A DNA stretch of 60,687 nt, filler included, from Blastocystis sp. subtype 4 (GCF_000743755.1; 7 parts of 7 records of this genome joined end to end with filler, not necessarily neighbours in it), one strand, 5' to 3'. Counted from the whole stretch's first letter, positions 11,090 to 23,704 are shown. Made by a program: numbers and translations. The notes: generated from the letters alone by a model not told the origin.

Positions 11090-11260
11090 TTCAAAAATAA
11101 TGATAGTGTAGAGTGATAGTTGAGTCAGGTTTTATAAAATCACGGGAATTCATCCATAAATGCAAGATTGGGAGGTTACATTACTTATGAGTTATACACT
11201 GGATCTTAGCTGAGATTGAATGTCAAAAATGAATGGGGCTTTATTTCAACGAAACAAGGT

Positions 11261-12120
11261 AAAAGGAAAACTTGGCATAGAGTTCAGTAGCCTTAACAGA
11301 AGCAACCTTCACACACTTCATAAATGTCTCTGTATCGAGTGGAATTCCTCCCAAGTAATGGAATCCACACAATTCCCCAAAAGCATTCAAGATTAGACTC
11401 ACCTTCCCTTGCATAATCCCTTCTTCCCGTTCGTTGGGATCCAATAAGATTAAATTATCCTTTAAGACACAAAATGTTATGCAGACAGGTTTGTAGTGAA
11501 GACAAATGGGAACTGGCTCCCTTTCCTCCGGAGGATAAATCTTTACCTGCTTTCCATCAATTGAGTAGTCAGGTCGACGGAAAGAGCACAGCGACGAAGT
11601 AGCAGCGAGTACAGCCGCATCGAACAAATTACCATTATTATCGATCACACTCACATAACAATGAACAGCAAACACCTTCTCTCCTGGAATAATACACAGA
11701 GATTCTACTTCGACGGTATTGTTATCCTTAAGACTTCGTTCCAGAATTCTCTGCAACTCATACTCAACATCCGAAGATGTTGATCCCTATAAATGATATA
11801 ATATAAACGACCTTGCCTCGAATTCTCTTCCTCCCATAGGCGTAAGAATTACATGAATCACAAAGAGTCCTTCATTAGGTCTCTCAGGATGAGGAGATGT
11901 GATTTCGCAGTTCGTAATGGCACAAACTCTGTTAATAACAATTCCATCAATAACTCTACTTTGTTTCTCCGATACAAACAGTCGAGGAGGATTGGCTGTA
12001 GGTATGTTTAACATCAACAGAAATATCCCTCATCTCATTAAGACTCCTTCCATCAACACGTATCCCATCCTCTGCAGCCTTAATAATGAATTCCTTCTCG
12101 ACCTTACTCACGGGATCCAT
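11261..12120 (-). CDS. EXOSC9: Exosome RNase PH-like subunit Rrp45 (genomic stop at 11241; probable poly(A)-made stop at 11261)
   Basis: EKEFIIKAAEDGIRVDGR, PHPERPNEG, ESLCIIPGEKV, NNGNLFDA, FRRPD, EREPVPI. Confidence 0.9.
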
Positions 12121-12183
12121 CACTTTATGAAGACTTAGTTTTCAATTTATAATTTATGTAGTTTGTACATACGGCGTCCTTGA

Positions 12184-12255
12184 AGCACCTTGGCGCAGGG
12201 GAAGCGTGCAGGGCCCATAACCCTGAGGTCCGTAGATCGAAACTACGAGGTGCTA
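12184..12255 (+). tRNA. Initiator tRNA-Met(CAT)
   Basis: A1:U72 pair, three G:C pairs in the anticodon stem (GGG/CCC), CCCATAA loop and ATCGAAA T loop. Confidence 0.96.
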
Positions 12256-12314
12256 CTTTTTCTTTTTTCAGTTTTATCACAAATAGTATTTGAAAACCAA
12301 TAACTATATGAACA

Positions 12315-15300
12315 CTACGCTTCGATCTGACTGGTACCGAAGAGAAGCATCATTTTCCTTTCTGCTGACATGACCTCATGAGTGTTAAACATATGATCTG
12401 GCTTAAAAGCAAAGGTGAAATCTCGGTACATACAATTCAAATGGTGGTTACGTCCTTTTACACACTTCATAGCAGCTTGCTTCATTGCATAGCGATACTT
12501 ATCAGCATGACAACACAGGTACCAAGCAGTATACTTGATAGCTCTCACCATCACCTCTTCAGCACTTCCCAAAGGATATACTTTCACTTTAAACCAACAT
12601 GATCCATAATTGGGATCTGAGTATTGACAATGTGATATGATCGATCGATAATCCCTGCTAATTAGAATAGCATACAGGAGATAGGAATTGACTGTGGACG
12701 ATAAGGTTAAGAACTCATTAGATAGTAACATCTCCAAGCGTAAACACTATCGAATATAAACTATGATAACAACTGTACTTCAATGAAACTGTCACCATAT
12801 TGAGGAGTGAAATAGACAGCAAGATTTAAGCACTTCTTAGCGTTGTAAAGAGAGAATAGTGTTGAACAAGGATTGAGAAAGATTCTTCCTCCTTCACACC
12901 ACACTTCTCCTGACTTGGCAACATATTGAAGAGCAAACATAAATACAAACAAGGCCAAGTATGGACCACAATATCTATTTGACATCAACACAATGAAACT
13001 CCTACTGATGAATGATCTGAATCAGTGAAGCCCATAAACGTCCAGCTCCTCGATTCTCACTAACTACACGACGATTCAAAGCTAAAGCTTCTTCAATGGC
13101 ACTGCACCGCAACTAGGAATGAATAGAGAACGGAAATACACACAAGTTGTTGAATTCGCTCTAAAGCGAGTTTCCATTCACCTGGTACAATTCGTATACT
13201 CTCAATAATCACGTTTCTTGATCCTTCTGTATGGCCTCCATAGTCCATTAACCGTGAAATCTCAAAATACAGAGAATGGGCATTCCGATAAGGTGTCACT
13301 TGAATACTTCGCTCAAAACACTAGGAATGAGAATCACTATAGAAATACACTTTTAACGCCTTTGTGAAACTACCAGCAAACGTATAGGTACGTGCAAGTA
13401 ACAACCAAATCTTCCATTTGAGATTATCAGGACATAGTTGAAAAGCGCATTGGAGATAGTAACTACAAATAGAGAGTACTTTTCTAGAAGATTGAATGTA
13501 ATCATCCATCAAATCAGCCTATCTCTTATCATTTATTACTATACACACCTTCTTAAATGCTACAAGACGCAAGTGCGTGATTGTTCGAAGGTACATTTGA
13601 GTAGCCATATAGAACACTTTCCATCGCAATTCTATACTAAGCGCCTTTAGAGAATCACCATATGCACATAACAATTCTTGTGGCTGAATTCGTTCATACA
13701 TGGATTTTCCATCCCATGCTAGCATAACTCGATGTTCAAACACTTCAAAGGAAAAGAACCACAGAGGTCCATGTTTATAACAAGACTCTGTGTAAGCATG
13801 AAGTTGCTCATAAGCCTTTTCTAAGCTTATCGAGCGGTAAACAAACAAAATATAGTTCAAAATAAGATTGCCTTGCTTACAGTGATCATTATCAATCAAA
13901 TATTGAAAGATTTGTTGGGCATGAGGGACATCTCCCAGTTTTGCTACTGTCATACAAGCATCCACAACAGTTTTCACATTCCGATATTTCCGAGAACGCA
14001 TCAATGAGCTGATCACATGAAGGATACCTGAAAGATTTCCTAGTCGTTCTTCTACTCGTAAGGATCTCTCTAACAGCAAGTCATCATCTCCTCTCATTAT
14101 CAAGGATTGTTGAATCAATGAACGAGCTTCCATAAATGTACCACTATCCATATTCAATCGAACGAGCTCCAATACCACATGGATGCTTGAAGGAGCTTCT
14201 TTCCATAATCCTTCCATAATCACACGAGCTTGATCAATATCTCCTTGTTTCTTCAGTTGAACAGCATATTCTAAACGTTCCTTCAATGCAGGTCCATTCA
14301 GCTCATTGTTTCTTCGACCTTTAGATTGAGAGGAACGACGATTCGACTCAGGAGGACTGCGAGAATTCCCCTCACTGTTATCCTTTGATACATACATGAA
14401 ACGAGAAAGTGAATCTTTGTCTTGACCTCGTAAACGAGATGAATATGGGCTCTGAGGTTGATACGACGAATCCGTTGCGATTCGAGTTGTGTTGGAATAT
14501 CCTGAGAGAGATGGCTGATAACCATTAAGCAAAGACGATCGATAGGAAAGTGGATCTTCAGACATGACTGTGGCATCTCGGCCATAAATAGGATCAGCTG
14601 AGGCTCTCCAAGAGTCATCCAGATGTGAGTGATTACGGAACCCTTCATCGTTCATTCCGATAGCTGGGAGATAGTCTGAATAACAATAAGGATTATCACG
14701 ATCAAAGGTTGATCGATCATCACTAAATGAACCTAATGAACCATCCACAAAATAGGGATCTGTAGAAGCATAATAGCGATCTGGAGTGATATGATTGGGA
14801 TCTTGGGAATCCATACCATAAGGATATAAATGCGGAGAATCAACATGATACGAATAATCACGGGGATAATACATATTTGCTTGAGGACTATAACCATCAT
14901 GATATGAAGTTAGGTCATCATCCACAGAGGCTGAATCACTTTGCATCCACAGATTGGATCGACGAAATCCAACCTGACCTGTGGAAGGAAATAACACTGT
15001 CTCTTGAATACTTGGAAGTGGTTGATCACTGTCACTACTAACGGAATTCGAAGAGTACTTGCGTCCAAGTACATGACCTGTTGTCTCGCTAGAGGGCATG
15101 AGTGCACTTCGTGTAGGCTCAGGGAAACAACGAGACTGTTCCTGTAACGGACAGCGAGTTCGACCCAATAAGAGACCACGATATGAACCATCACTACTCT
15201 CTGACACGTGAGGAGAATAATCTTGTTGTTCTGACAGTTGTCGTCTACTGCGTTGATGATACAGGGGAGCAACAAATGCTTTGTCTTCAGGTGGTACAGA

Positions 15301-15910
15301 ATAGAGGGATCCATAACGATCAGTTTGCCAATTAGGAGACTGCTGCTCTTGATTCGAAGGGCGGTATTCTATTCTAAAAGTAAAAACCAACATCGCTGTT
15401 CGTACGACGAAACACCTTTTGGACTTCTTCGAATCTATCCAATCACTTCCACAATACAATTCATACACTCGATATCATAAACGGTCGACTCACTTCTGGT
15501 TCCATTGAATTCTGATAAGAATAGCCACTATCTGTTCCTCCAAACCCACTGAAGTTATTGGAACTAGATATGACAATCGGTCCAAGAATCAACTTTGGTA
15601 CCCTAGACGACCTTTCTGAGTGATAATCTACATAGTTCGATCCTTGGCAGTTCTATTATATTACTTTTAGACATATTCAACACCTACATAACGACTTCCT
15701 CTCATTGCTAACAATTACCTTCCTAGTTCGTTCAAGTACTAAATGACCTAGAAAAGCACTGCCTAATCGACTTGTGAATAGTATCTCACTATATATGCAA
15801 TTATCGAAATCATCCAAAAAGTCCCCATATTTGGCATCAATTCTAATTGGACCGTTTTCTGTTTCAGAAAATGTTATGAATGAAACTGTTTCTCCTTCTG
15901 TTTGATGCAT
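12315..15910 (-). CDS. Large TPR/HAT-repeat protein with a Prp6-like C-terminus and a long low-complexity N-terminal part (5' end uncertain)
   Basis: Helical repeats LRWKVFY, LKWKIWL, GEWKLALE, KSGEVWCEGGR, FTPQYGDSFIE and DPNYGSCWF. Whether 15480-15910 belongs to the same gene is not certain. Confidence 0.6.
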
Positions 15911-15964
15911 TTCTGTTCGTTTTTGTTGACGCAGGTAGGAAGCAAATGATCGTATTTCCATAGC

Positions 15965-16838
15965 ATGTTATACGTTTGCCTCTGATTGTTTGCCAAAAGT
16001 GAAGCGTATATATCAGAAAACCGATTTCATTTAGAAATTCAGTATTTGGGTGCCTATCTCGATGACAAGTCGTCTTTTACAGAACTCATTATTGAAATTG
16101 TGCAGTACAATTCATCGGATTGTCTCAATGAACAATACAGGATTCGATATACGTCATTCATGTTTTGTTGGCTTAGTCTTAGTGAAACTGTTTCATGTAC
16201 GGTGGATACTACAAGTCGATGTAAGATGAATGGATGTAATATAACGATAGCTGACTTTACCTGTACTTCGGTTGTTGACAATGCTCAGTTTTATTTCGGT
16301 GATTTGAATATTGTCGAACAGTATAATATGACATGTTCGGTGAAGGATCAAAATCATTTTGTTGATGCATCGTTGTTGATGTATCTTTATTTTATTTCTA
16401 GAGAATCTTCGTGCCAATGTGGGAATCATAGTATGCTAGAACAGTTAGCTTCCATGAAGGGAGTGTCACATCGGTATTATATGAACTGGATGGGTACATT
16501 GTCGATAGAGTATTTCATCTAGAAAATAACCATGTACAAATAGGCTCTGTAACATTTCATTCTGCATCCCATTCCCGTAATCTTTGAATTGGTTATTATA
16601 TGTGTAGTTTGCGACCGATCATATCTGAAGGGTGAGTACTGATGAACTGTGTGATGGATAGAATGGATCATTGGTCTTTCTATTGCTGCTGGAATCATTA
16701 TCGTTCTCCTTGTAATCTTGTTCATCCGTGCACGTCGAAAGAAGCAGAGACTCGAAAGAAGGAAGAGGACCACCGCTGTGAATCTTGGAGATGAACTGGA
16801 GATGGCAGGAAGTACGGATTCTGATAATGACTCTTCTT
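15965..16838 (+). CDS. Cys-containing single-pass membrane protein; stop probably created by poly(A); 5' end uncertain
   Basis: The last exon reads WIIGLSIAAGIIIVLLVILFI-RARRKKQRLERRKR...STDSDNDSS (TM followed by a basic stop-transfer). Confidence 0.6.
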
Positions 16839-17284
16839 TGCTTGTTTGTGGAATACTCCATTTTGACATAAGTTATTGATGATTTGCAGACCTCCAAATA
16901 TTGCGGCAATCGGCAAGGCCAAGAATTGGCACCGACATTGGGTCATTAGAATTGCCGCAAAAATGCCGCAACTACCTAATGTTTCTTTTATCTGTAATTG
17001 TTTACAAACATCTTTCTTTAACTCAATTGTATTTAGGAATCAAGGTCGTTCCTTTTTCTTTAAGATAATCATATTCACTCAAGTAGTGTCTCAGGAGAGT
17101 CAGTCTTCCACTTTTCTCACAACAAGTGGAATTCTGCTTAACTCGCAGTAAGCATCGCAGTTTATCTGTAGAAAGGCAGCTTCTTCTCGGTTGTAATATC
17201 AGATTTTGAACAGAAAAGGATCTCTCCACTGCTGGTGAAGATACAACTTGACAAACCTGATCCCGATAGATAGTTGCTAACACT

Positions 17285-17398
17285 TGATATTTCCAGGAAT
17301 TGAAGATAAAGTACTGATTAACAGAGATACCAATACGCGAGTGATATTTCCAGGAATTGAAGATAAAGTACTGATTAACAGAGATACCAATACGCGAG
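17285..17398. repeat. Perfect 57-bp tandem duplication (2 copies)
   Basis: TGATATTTCCAGGAATTG...ATACGCGAG at 17285 and at 17342. Confidence 0.95.
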
Positions 17399-17839
17399 TC
17401 AGTATCTCCCAGATAAGTGAGAATGTCCTTATCTGCTATATTACAGAGACGATTGATNNNNNNNNNNNNNNNNNNNNNNNNNNNNNNNNNNNNNNNNNNN
17501 NTTAATTAATTAANNNNNNNNNNNNNNNNNNNNNNNNNNNNNNNNNNNNNNNNNNNNTAGTGGATTCAAAGAAATCTGATAAACATAAGGCTTTTCTCTG
17601 TTTCCACTTTCCACTTCCACTTTTCCCTCTTCTCGATTTCTTGAATCTTTGTGTTTCCGTGGACGTATAGTGAATAGAAGTCCACAAAAATAAAAAGCGA
17701 GTCAAAGAAAAAGAACTAGAAACAGGATTTGAACTGGGAACAGTGTGGAAGGAAAGTGTGTTCATTCCTATTGAACTGTGTGAAGGAATTGCCACATTAT
17801 CACGAGAAAATAAGGAAGATTGATGAAAAGAGCAACTAG

Positions 17840-19441
17840 ATGAAGTCTGTCCACATTCAGTACATCCTCAGCATTATCGGAACGATTGTGGTTATTGGCT
17901 TGGTTGTGAACATTCGATTCTCGCTCCACTGTTATCAGTTACCTTTACTCTCGAAAATAATTTGCAGAGAAACATTGAGTCAGCAAGTTAAACGACAAGT
18001 TGGCAACAATCAAGTCAACAAACGAGAAAAGTCAGAACAAGTCAAGGTTTGTCCTCGTCAAACAAAAAGGATCGATTTTCGATCCGATTCTTGGTTGATA
18101 ATGAACTAATTGATAACAATAAGGGAATTCGAGTTGAATGAAACTCAAGCCTCACTTTCTCGTTCGTATTTCATGTTTGTATTGTTTTCCGATTCTGATG
18201 TAGAGCGCTTCGTCAACCCCCATTGTCAATTCACTCCACGTAATGCTGAAAAGGAATTGATGATATTAGAGATCTCTTATATACATCTTTCTCTTTCAAC
18301 TCGAAAGACTCAGTTTCAACCATCAATCTCCATAATGTGTGTATCGATACTGATGCATTGCGTCTTTTTCTCTACTGTGATGATGGTTGTGATCTGTTGA
18401 AGGAGAAGACTGCTAACTTAGGATGTGATTTTATGATTCAGCAGAGCTCTATGCCTATACATTCTGTTAATGACAAAAAAGGCATCTATTGGATGTCAGG
18501 AGCAAGGGATGTATATCAAGGTTCTTTTGAAGCAATCGGATTTCTTCTTCACCTGATCACAAACATTCCTTTGTATCCAAGTGTGAGGATTTTCGTCTCA
18601 TTTCATCTAGATTCGTCAGATGATTATTCCATTTTCACCAACTCGTTTTTGTAAGGAACTGATTGAAAGTGCTCAATGGCTGCTTCCTTCAACGGCTCGA
18701 TTCAAAGTGATATGGGAGGATGATTTGCTCCAGTTTGGACAGCAAGCATGTTTTGAAGAATTAGTGAGAGAATGGAGTTCAGATCATCCCTAGATTACTG
18801 TGACGTCAATTCAGTGGATTGAAGAAGGAGGTGTTTTCAGAAGGAGAGATTTGGTAGACCTTCTGCGTGCTTCCGTTTACAAACATGCTAACGTAGCTAT
18901 GTCACAACGAGAATACAAGTTTGTGCGTGTTCTCTTAGCGAAGCCTGATTCTGTGGAACTCTTTGGGATCGAGGAAGTGCGTGAATACTACAAGAAGAAT
19001 GGGGTATAGCTAAGAGATGAGAATGAATGATAGAATTGGTGGTATTTTGAGAAAGCCCTCTCTTCATTGTCACTACATGAAGAATGTCTAATGATGGTGG
19101 ACACGGACGTCTTCATTGCATTCACGGAGTATGACCTTTATCATATGATTCTACTTCTTCCTCATAGCGTGGTTTTGGCAATCGCTCCAAATCATCTTCA
19201 GTTTGCCTCATTGAATGCTATGGCAGAAAGTGCCTCCTTACTGTATCTCCCTGTTTTCAACGCTTCGTCTCCTCTCCCTTATGAATGTGAGCAGAAGGGT
19301 TTAGAAGATGTAGACTGTGTTCATATTCTTCAAACAAGTCCAATTCAGATGAATTATGGCCAAATTCACAATTACATGCGAGTGGCGGCTATTCATGTTC
19401 AAATTAAGAAGTATAGGACTGCTCTAGGAAAACAGCCCTAG
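17840..19441 (+). CDS. Type II membrane protein, divergent glycosyltransferase family 61-like (multi-exon)
   Basis: N-terminal TM (YILSIIGTIVVIGLVV). The C-terminal SLHEECLMMVDTDVFIAFTEYDLYHMILLLPHSVVLAIAP...FASLNAMAESASLLYL follows the GT61 pattern. Confidence 0.5.
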
Positions 19442-19802
19442 TTGTAATCTCTGGAGTATCTGTTTATGTATCATTAGCTTTTGTTCCTGTTTCTTTTCGA
19501 TATACTCATTATGGTTGTATCAATCAAGAATATTGGGTAAACATCGGTCAAAGAGGTTGCAAACTATTTCGGGAAACTTTCTACTCAACATATACGAATG
19601 TCAATTGCAAGAGAACCAGTAGATAGATTACTGAAGTATTTCTATTTCTTATTTGCAAAGATTTCTACCATCTGAAATATCGTTTTCCACACAAAATAAG
19701 GGCCAGACTTGCAGGCAACATGTGTTTTCCCAAAACACAAAAGTAGTCATCTGATTGGACGAGACAAAACACTTTCTGAAAGCATACAATTATAATAATA
19801 CC

Positions 19803-21499
19803 ATGCAAGACGTTGAATCCTATGGAATTGTGAGCACTGAGAAGAAGAGTGCCATGCTGAAGGATCGTATTATTGCCTATTTGGCCGTTCTGTTGACTCT
19901 ACTGTCTTTCATCTTCAGTTGTATTGGTCTGAACATGGGACGACAGTCCAATCTGGAGAAGACTCTGTACACCTTCTCCTTCCCCTATTTCAATCAGGTC
20001 CCTAAGGTTGAGACTGGAATGGTTGTGTCTTTGGATGGAAAAGGTTACGTGTTCACAGGTGCTGGAATCACTGTGTCTCAGAATGTCACTGTCGCAAAGG
20101 CTCATGCTTTTGATGATATTCGTGTGTGTGCTTTCTCCAACAATGTCATCTTCGCTGGATCCATTGGTCAGCTGGTGGCTTATGAGATTTCTTATGATGA
20201 TATCTCTATTGAGAATGACATTTACCCACTTAGTGAAGCGAGACCAGGCGAGCCTCGTAAGGTGGAGTCTCTGTACAAGATCAATGACAACACTTTGGTG
20301 GTTGCTGGAAGTGGTCAGTTGCTTCCTGTGACTGTAACTGTGACTGAAGTGGATGAGCACAACTACAGAATTACCTATCAGGAGGGAACTGCTTACACTT
20401 TCACGGAGATTACAAAAGATAGTTATTCTCATTGTGATGAGCTTCACGATGATTCACATCGTGATATGATGGCCTGTACATGGGAAGAGGGAGATGACTT
20501 GTACACCATGATTGCAAGAATTCAGGGAGAAGGTCAGTCCAAGACTTTTGCTGAGTTGGACAAGCAGAAGTATGGTGTTGCTCGTAAGTACCATGGTTTG
20601 GCTGGTTGTGGACGTGAGGGATATGTGGTGGCTGCTGTTGGTCCTATGAAGAATGAGACTGGTGACCTTGGTCCAATTCGTGTGGCTTATGTGGAGATTC
20701 GTAACGATCATCTTCAGATTGGTGAGTTCCGAGATATGCCATTTACAATGTCTTATGGTTTCTTCAGTATTGATAACTATGGTCCTAATGGTGCTGTAAT
20801 GTGTTACACTCGTGCTGCTTCTGGAGGTCTCAACTGTGTGTCCATGGATGTGACTCATGGTCCTCATGGAGGAGTACAGTTCGGATCCACTGTGGTTGTG
20901 AGCAAGGGAGGTTCTTCTATTGATGAAGACCGTATTAAGCTGCAGGTGATCAACCACCGCACCTTCGCTTTGATGTGGGCTGATCAGAACATTGGTGGAG
21001 CCCTCTCCTATCAGATGGTTACTTTCAATGATGCTGGTGATATGACTTTGAACGGACCTGCTTTCGTAATTAGTCAGAGACGTAGACACCAGCAGATCTA
21101 TCAGCATATTGTGGGATGCTCAGGAGTGGATGACTACAAGTCCTTCATTGTGGAGTTGGTCCAGACTGATAGAGAAGCTAGCGCTTACCTGCATACTGTG
21201 TATGTGTATCCTCGTCCTATTGGTATTGCTGCCAAGACCTTTGCTGGAGGCAATCAGGTGCAGTTCGGTGGTTTGTGGAAGGTGAGCAAGAAGGCATTGA
21301 GTGCCATTCGTAGTGGTAAGCTGAGACCTGGTAGTATGTATTATACCAACGATCGTGGTATGATTCTTGAGGTGGTTATACCCATCGTACTTTCGGAATT
21401 GACTATATCCAGTCTCGTAGTGATGAGTCTCTTCTGAGCTTGAGCAACCAGGTTGGTATGGCTATTTCCGAGACTGAGCTGTTGTTGAAGTTCTATTAA
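19803..21499 (+). CDS. Intronless type II membrane protein with a beta-rich ectodomain; apparent 1-nt frameshift at about 21371
   Basis: TM IIAYLAVLLTLLSFIFSCIGL and strong codon bias. The -1 frame continues GGYTHRTFG...QVGMAISETELLLKFY to TAA, followed by TGTTTGTT at 21506. Confidence 0.8.
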
Positions 21500-23704
21500 G
21501 GAGTGTGTTTGTTATTGAAAGAACAGAATGGAATGTTGATTAACTATATATGAGTTGGGAAGATAGATTTCAGGATGTACTACAGCTATTTGAGGAACAC
21601 AGCTAGGCTTCATTGATCAGACACTGCCTGCTGATCATCAGAATAACCTTTATAAACTCACTAGACATACTTCCAAACTCATTATAACTCTTTTTGTCGG
21701 ACGATTCAATTAAACAATCAAGTTGTACAAGTAATGAAAGATCAATAATACACTACTGAGAATTCGGTAATCGCTTATATGACTGTGAGAATAAATAGAA
21801 TTAATTCTATTATATAATTTGTGTTAATAATGGCTATGATATTAATTCAAAATAATTGATTCTGGACCTGAATAATAGAATCCAATTAATCAGCTTCACA
21901 AATAATACTCAATCAATAATTCTTCACTCCTGATTTTGATATTCATTAATTCTTAATTAAATCAATATGTCATCTTTGACGATACTGTAACTGATATTAC
22001 TGAGTCAGCTTGGTTCTGTTGTTATCTCATATCTTAGTCAATTGTTACATGATCATTCTCTAGACCATTGATAAGATACCATGGAATCTACAGAACCGAT
22101 ATAGTTATGATAATAGGCTTCCAGAATGAGATTGATTGATTCTCATTCTTGTATTCTGAGCTGTTATCGTCAAGCCTGATATATTGTTGTTGAGCCTATG
22201 AACATATGTACTGCAGTAGTAATTGCTTCCATCTTGTTTCTGCTTGTCAGGGATATCAAAACGATAAATGGAACTAATTATTTGATCAAACAGAAAGCTA
22301 TCAAATAGGATGCGAATATGTGATTCTATGTTTGTATTAAGTGTGGATATGTGAGAGATATCAGGGTGCCTTTTCATATATTCGATCCTTATCTATCTTA
22401 AAGTTGCTATAGACACGACATCCGCCCTATATGTCCAACACAATACATTTTATCGAAGCCTTTCAAGTAATAGACTTTTCGGAGTCCATTATTCAAGCCC
22501 TCTGAAGTGCTAATAAGTTATATTCCTGCTGCTGAAAATGTGAATACGCTCAATTTGTTACATGAAAACAGGATCTTCTTCAAAACATATCACCTATATG
22601 TACTAACAGGGTTGACATTCTCCAAGGTAAATAAGATGCAGAAAAACTATGAGAGTAATCCATTGTTTACACTTGAAACTCAGAAACGTTGAAAGCATAC
22701 TAATACAATAATAGAAGCACCATTAACTGCAACAATAATATGGAGTATTTCCTCCTTAATGTTTTGGAAGATTGTATGATCCAGTTTCTTTTGTTATGAG
22801 AGAATTAGTAGGAAATGTGATTGATAACCATTAACCATTCTCAACAATATGACTCTTCCAGCATGAAAATTCATTCAAAGATGTTTCTTGTTTGCAAAGA
22901 GACTGAGAGTTCAGGACCAGATATAATATATTCAACAGAGTATTGGCATTATTATTGCGAGTGCCCTCACTCGGGAGATATATGCTTCATTATTGAATGT
23001 AGAATAGATATTTGATGCTTGATCAATCACTTAGCTCACAAATACGAAGAAAAACGAATAATAGGATCGATAGACCGTTACATTCTTTCAGTTTCATCCA
23101 ATTAGAATTAACGAATCATTATGGGATTCCCGCGACATTATAATCGCGTAATAATGATACGAATGGATGGCACGGAAATACATGCCTTCGTTATATAGGC
23201 CCATTAATAACTTCTTCCGAACTAGAATTATATTAGTTACTATCTAAAAAGGACATTAGAACCGTTCCAACGTTATTCGTAGTAATACCTTGAATCCTCA
23301 ATACAATGGGTCTATGAGCCATCAGTGAAGTATATAAGACGGCCCTAATCATTCCCACAAACTTTTGCTCAACTAATTAAGAATAGTATGCATCTACCAA
23401 TGATCCATAATATCATCAAATCAACGAGCATCCGATTGCCAATCTAACGGTCGTATTTGCAAAGCTAAATTCAGACGTCTCATTGATATAAAACAGTGAT
23501 TGGTGTAAAAACAGAGATGACTACTAAACATGTCTTGATTATCAAAGAAACCCATTGATAAGCATTCGATCATTTCTGTCCATCTCATATTTTTCTTGAT
23601 TTCAACTCAAGAATTTCATTTGGTTTCGTAACAACCAAATTGACTTTGTTTCTCCGGGTTTGTGACTCCTACGTCTGTTAAGTACAGTCTATGATGTTAC
23701 ATAA

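Noticed and set aside
17285..17398. CRISPR-like array (also the repeats at 525-765 and 36692-36739)
   Set aside because: These are head-to-tail tandem repeats without spacers, there are no cas genes, and the context is eukaryotic.
19899..21107. Long antisense ORFs (also 59947-60360 and 44249-44605)
   Set aside because: They are shadows of codon bias or low complexity in the sense gene.
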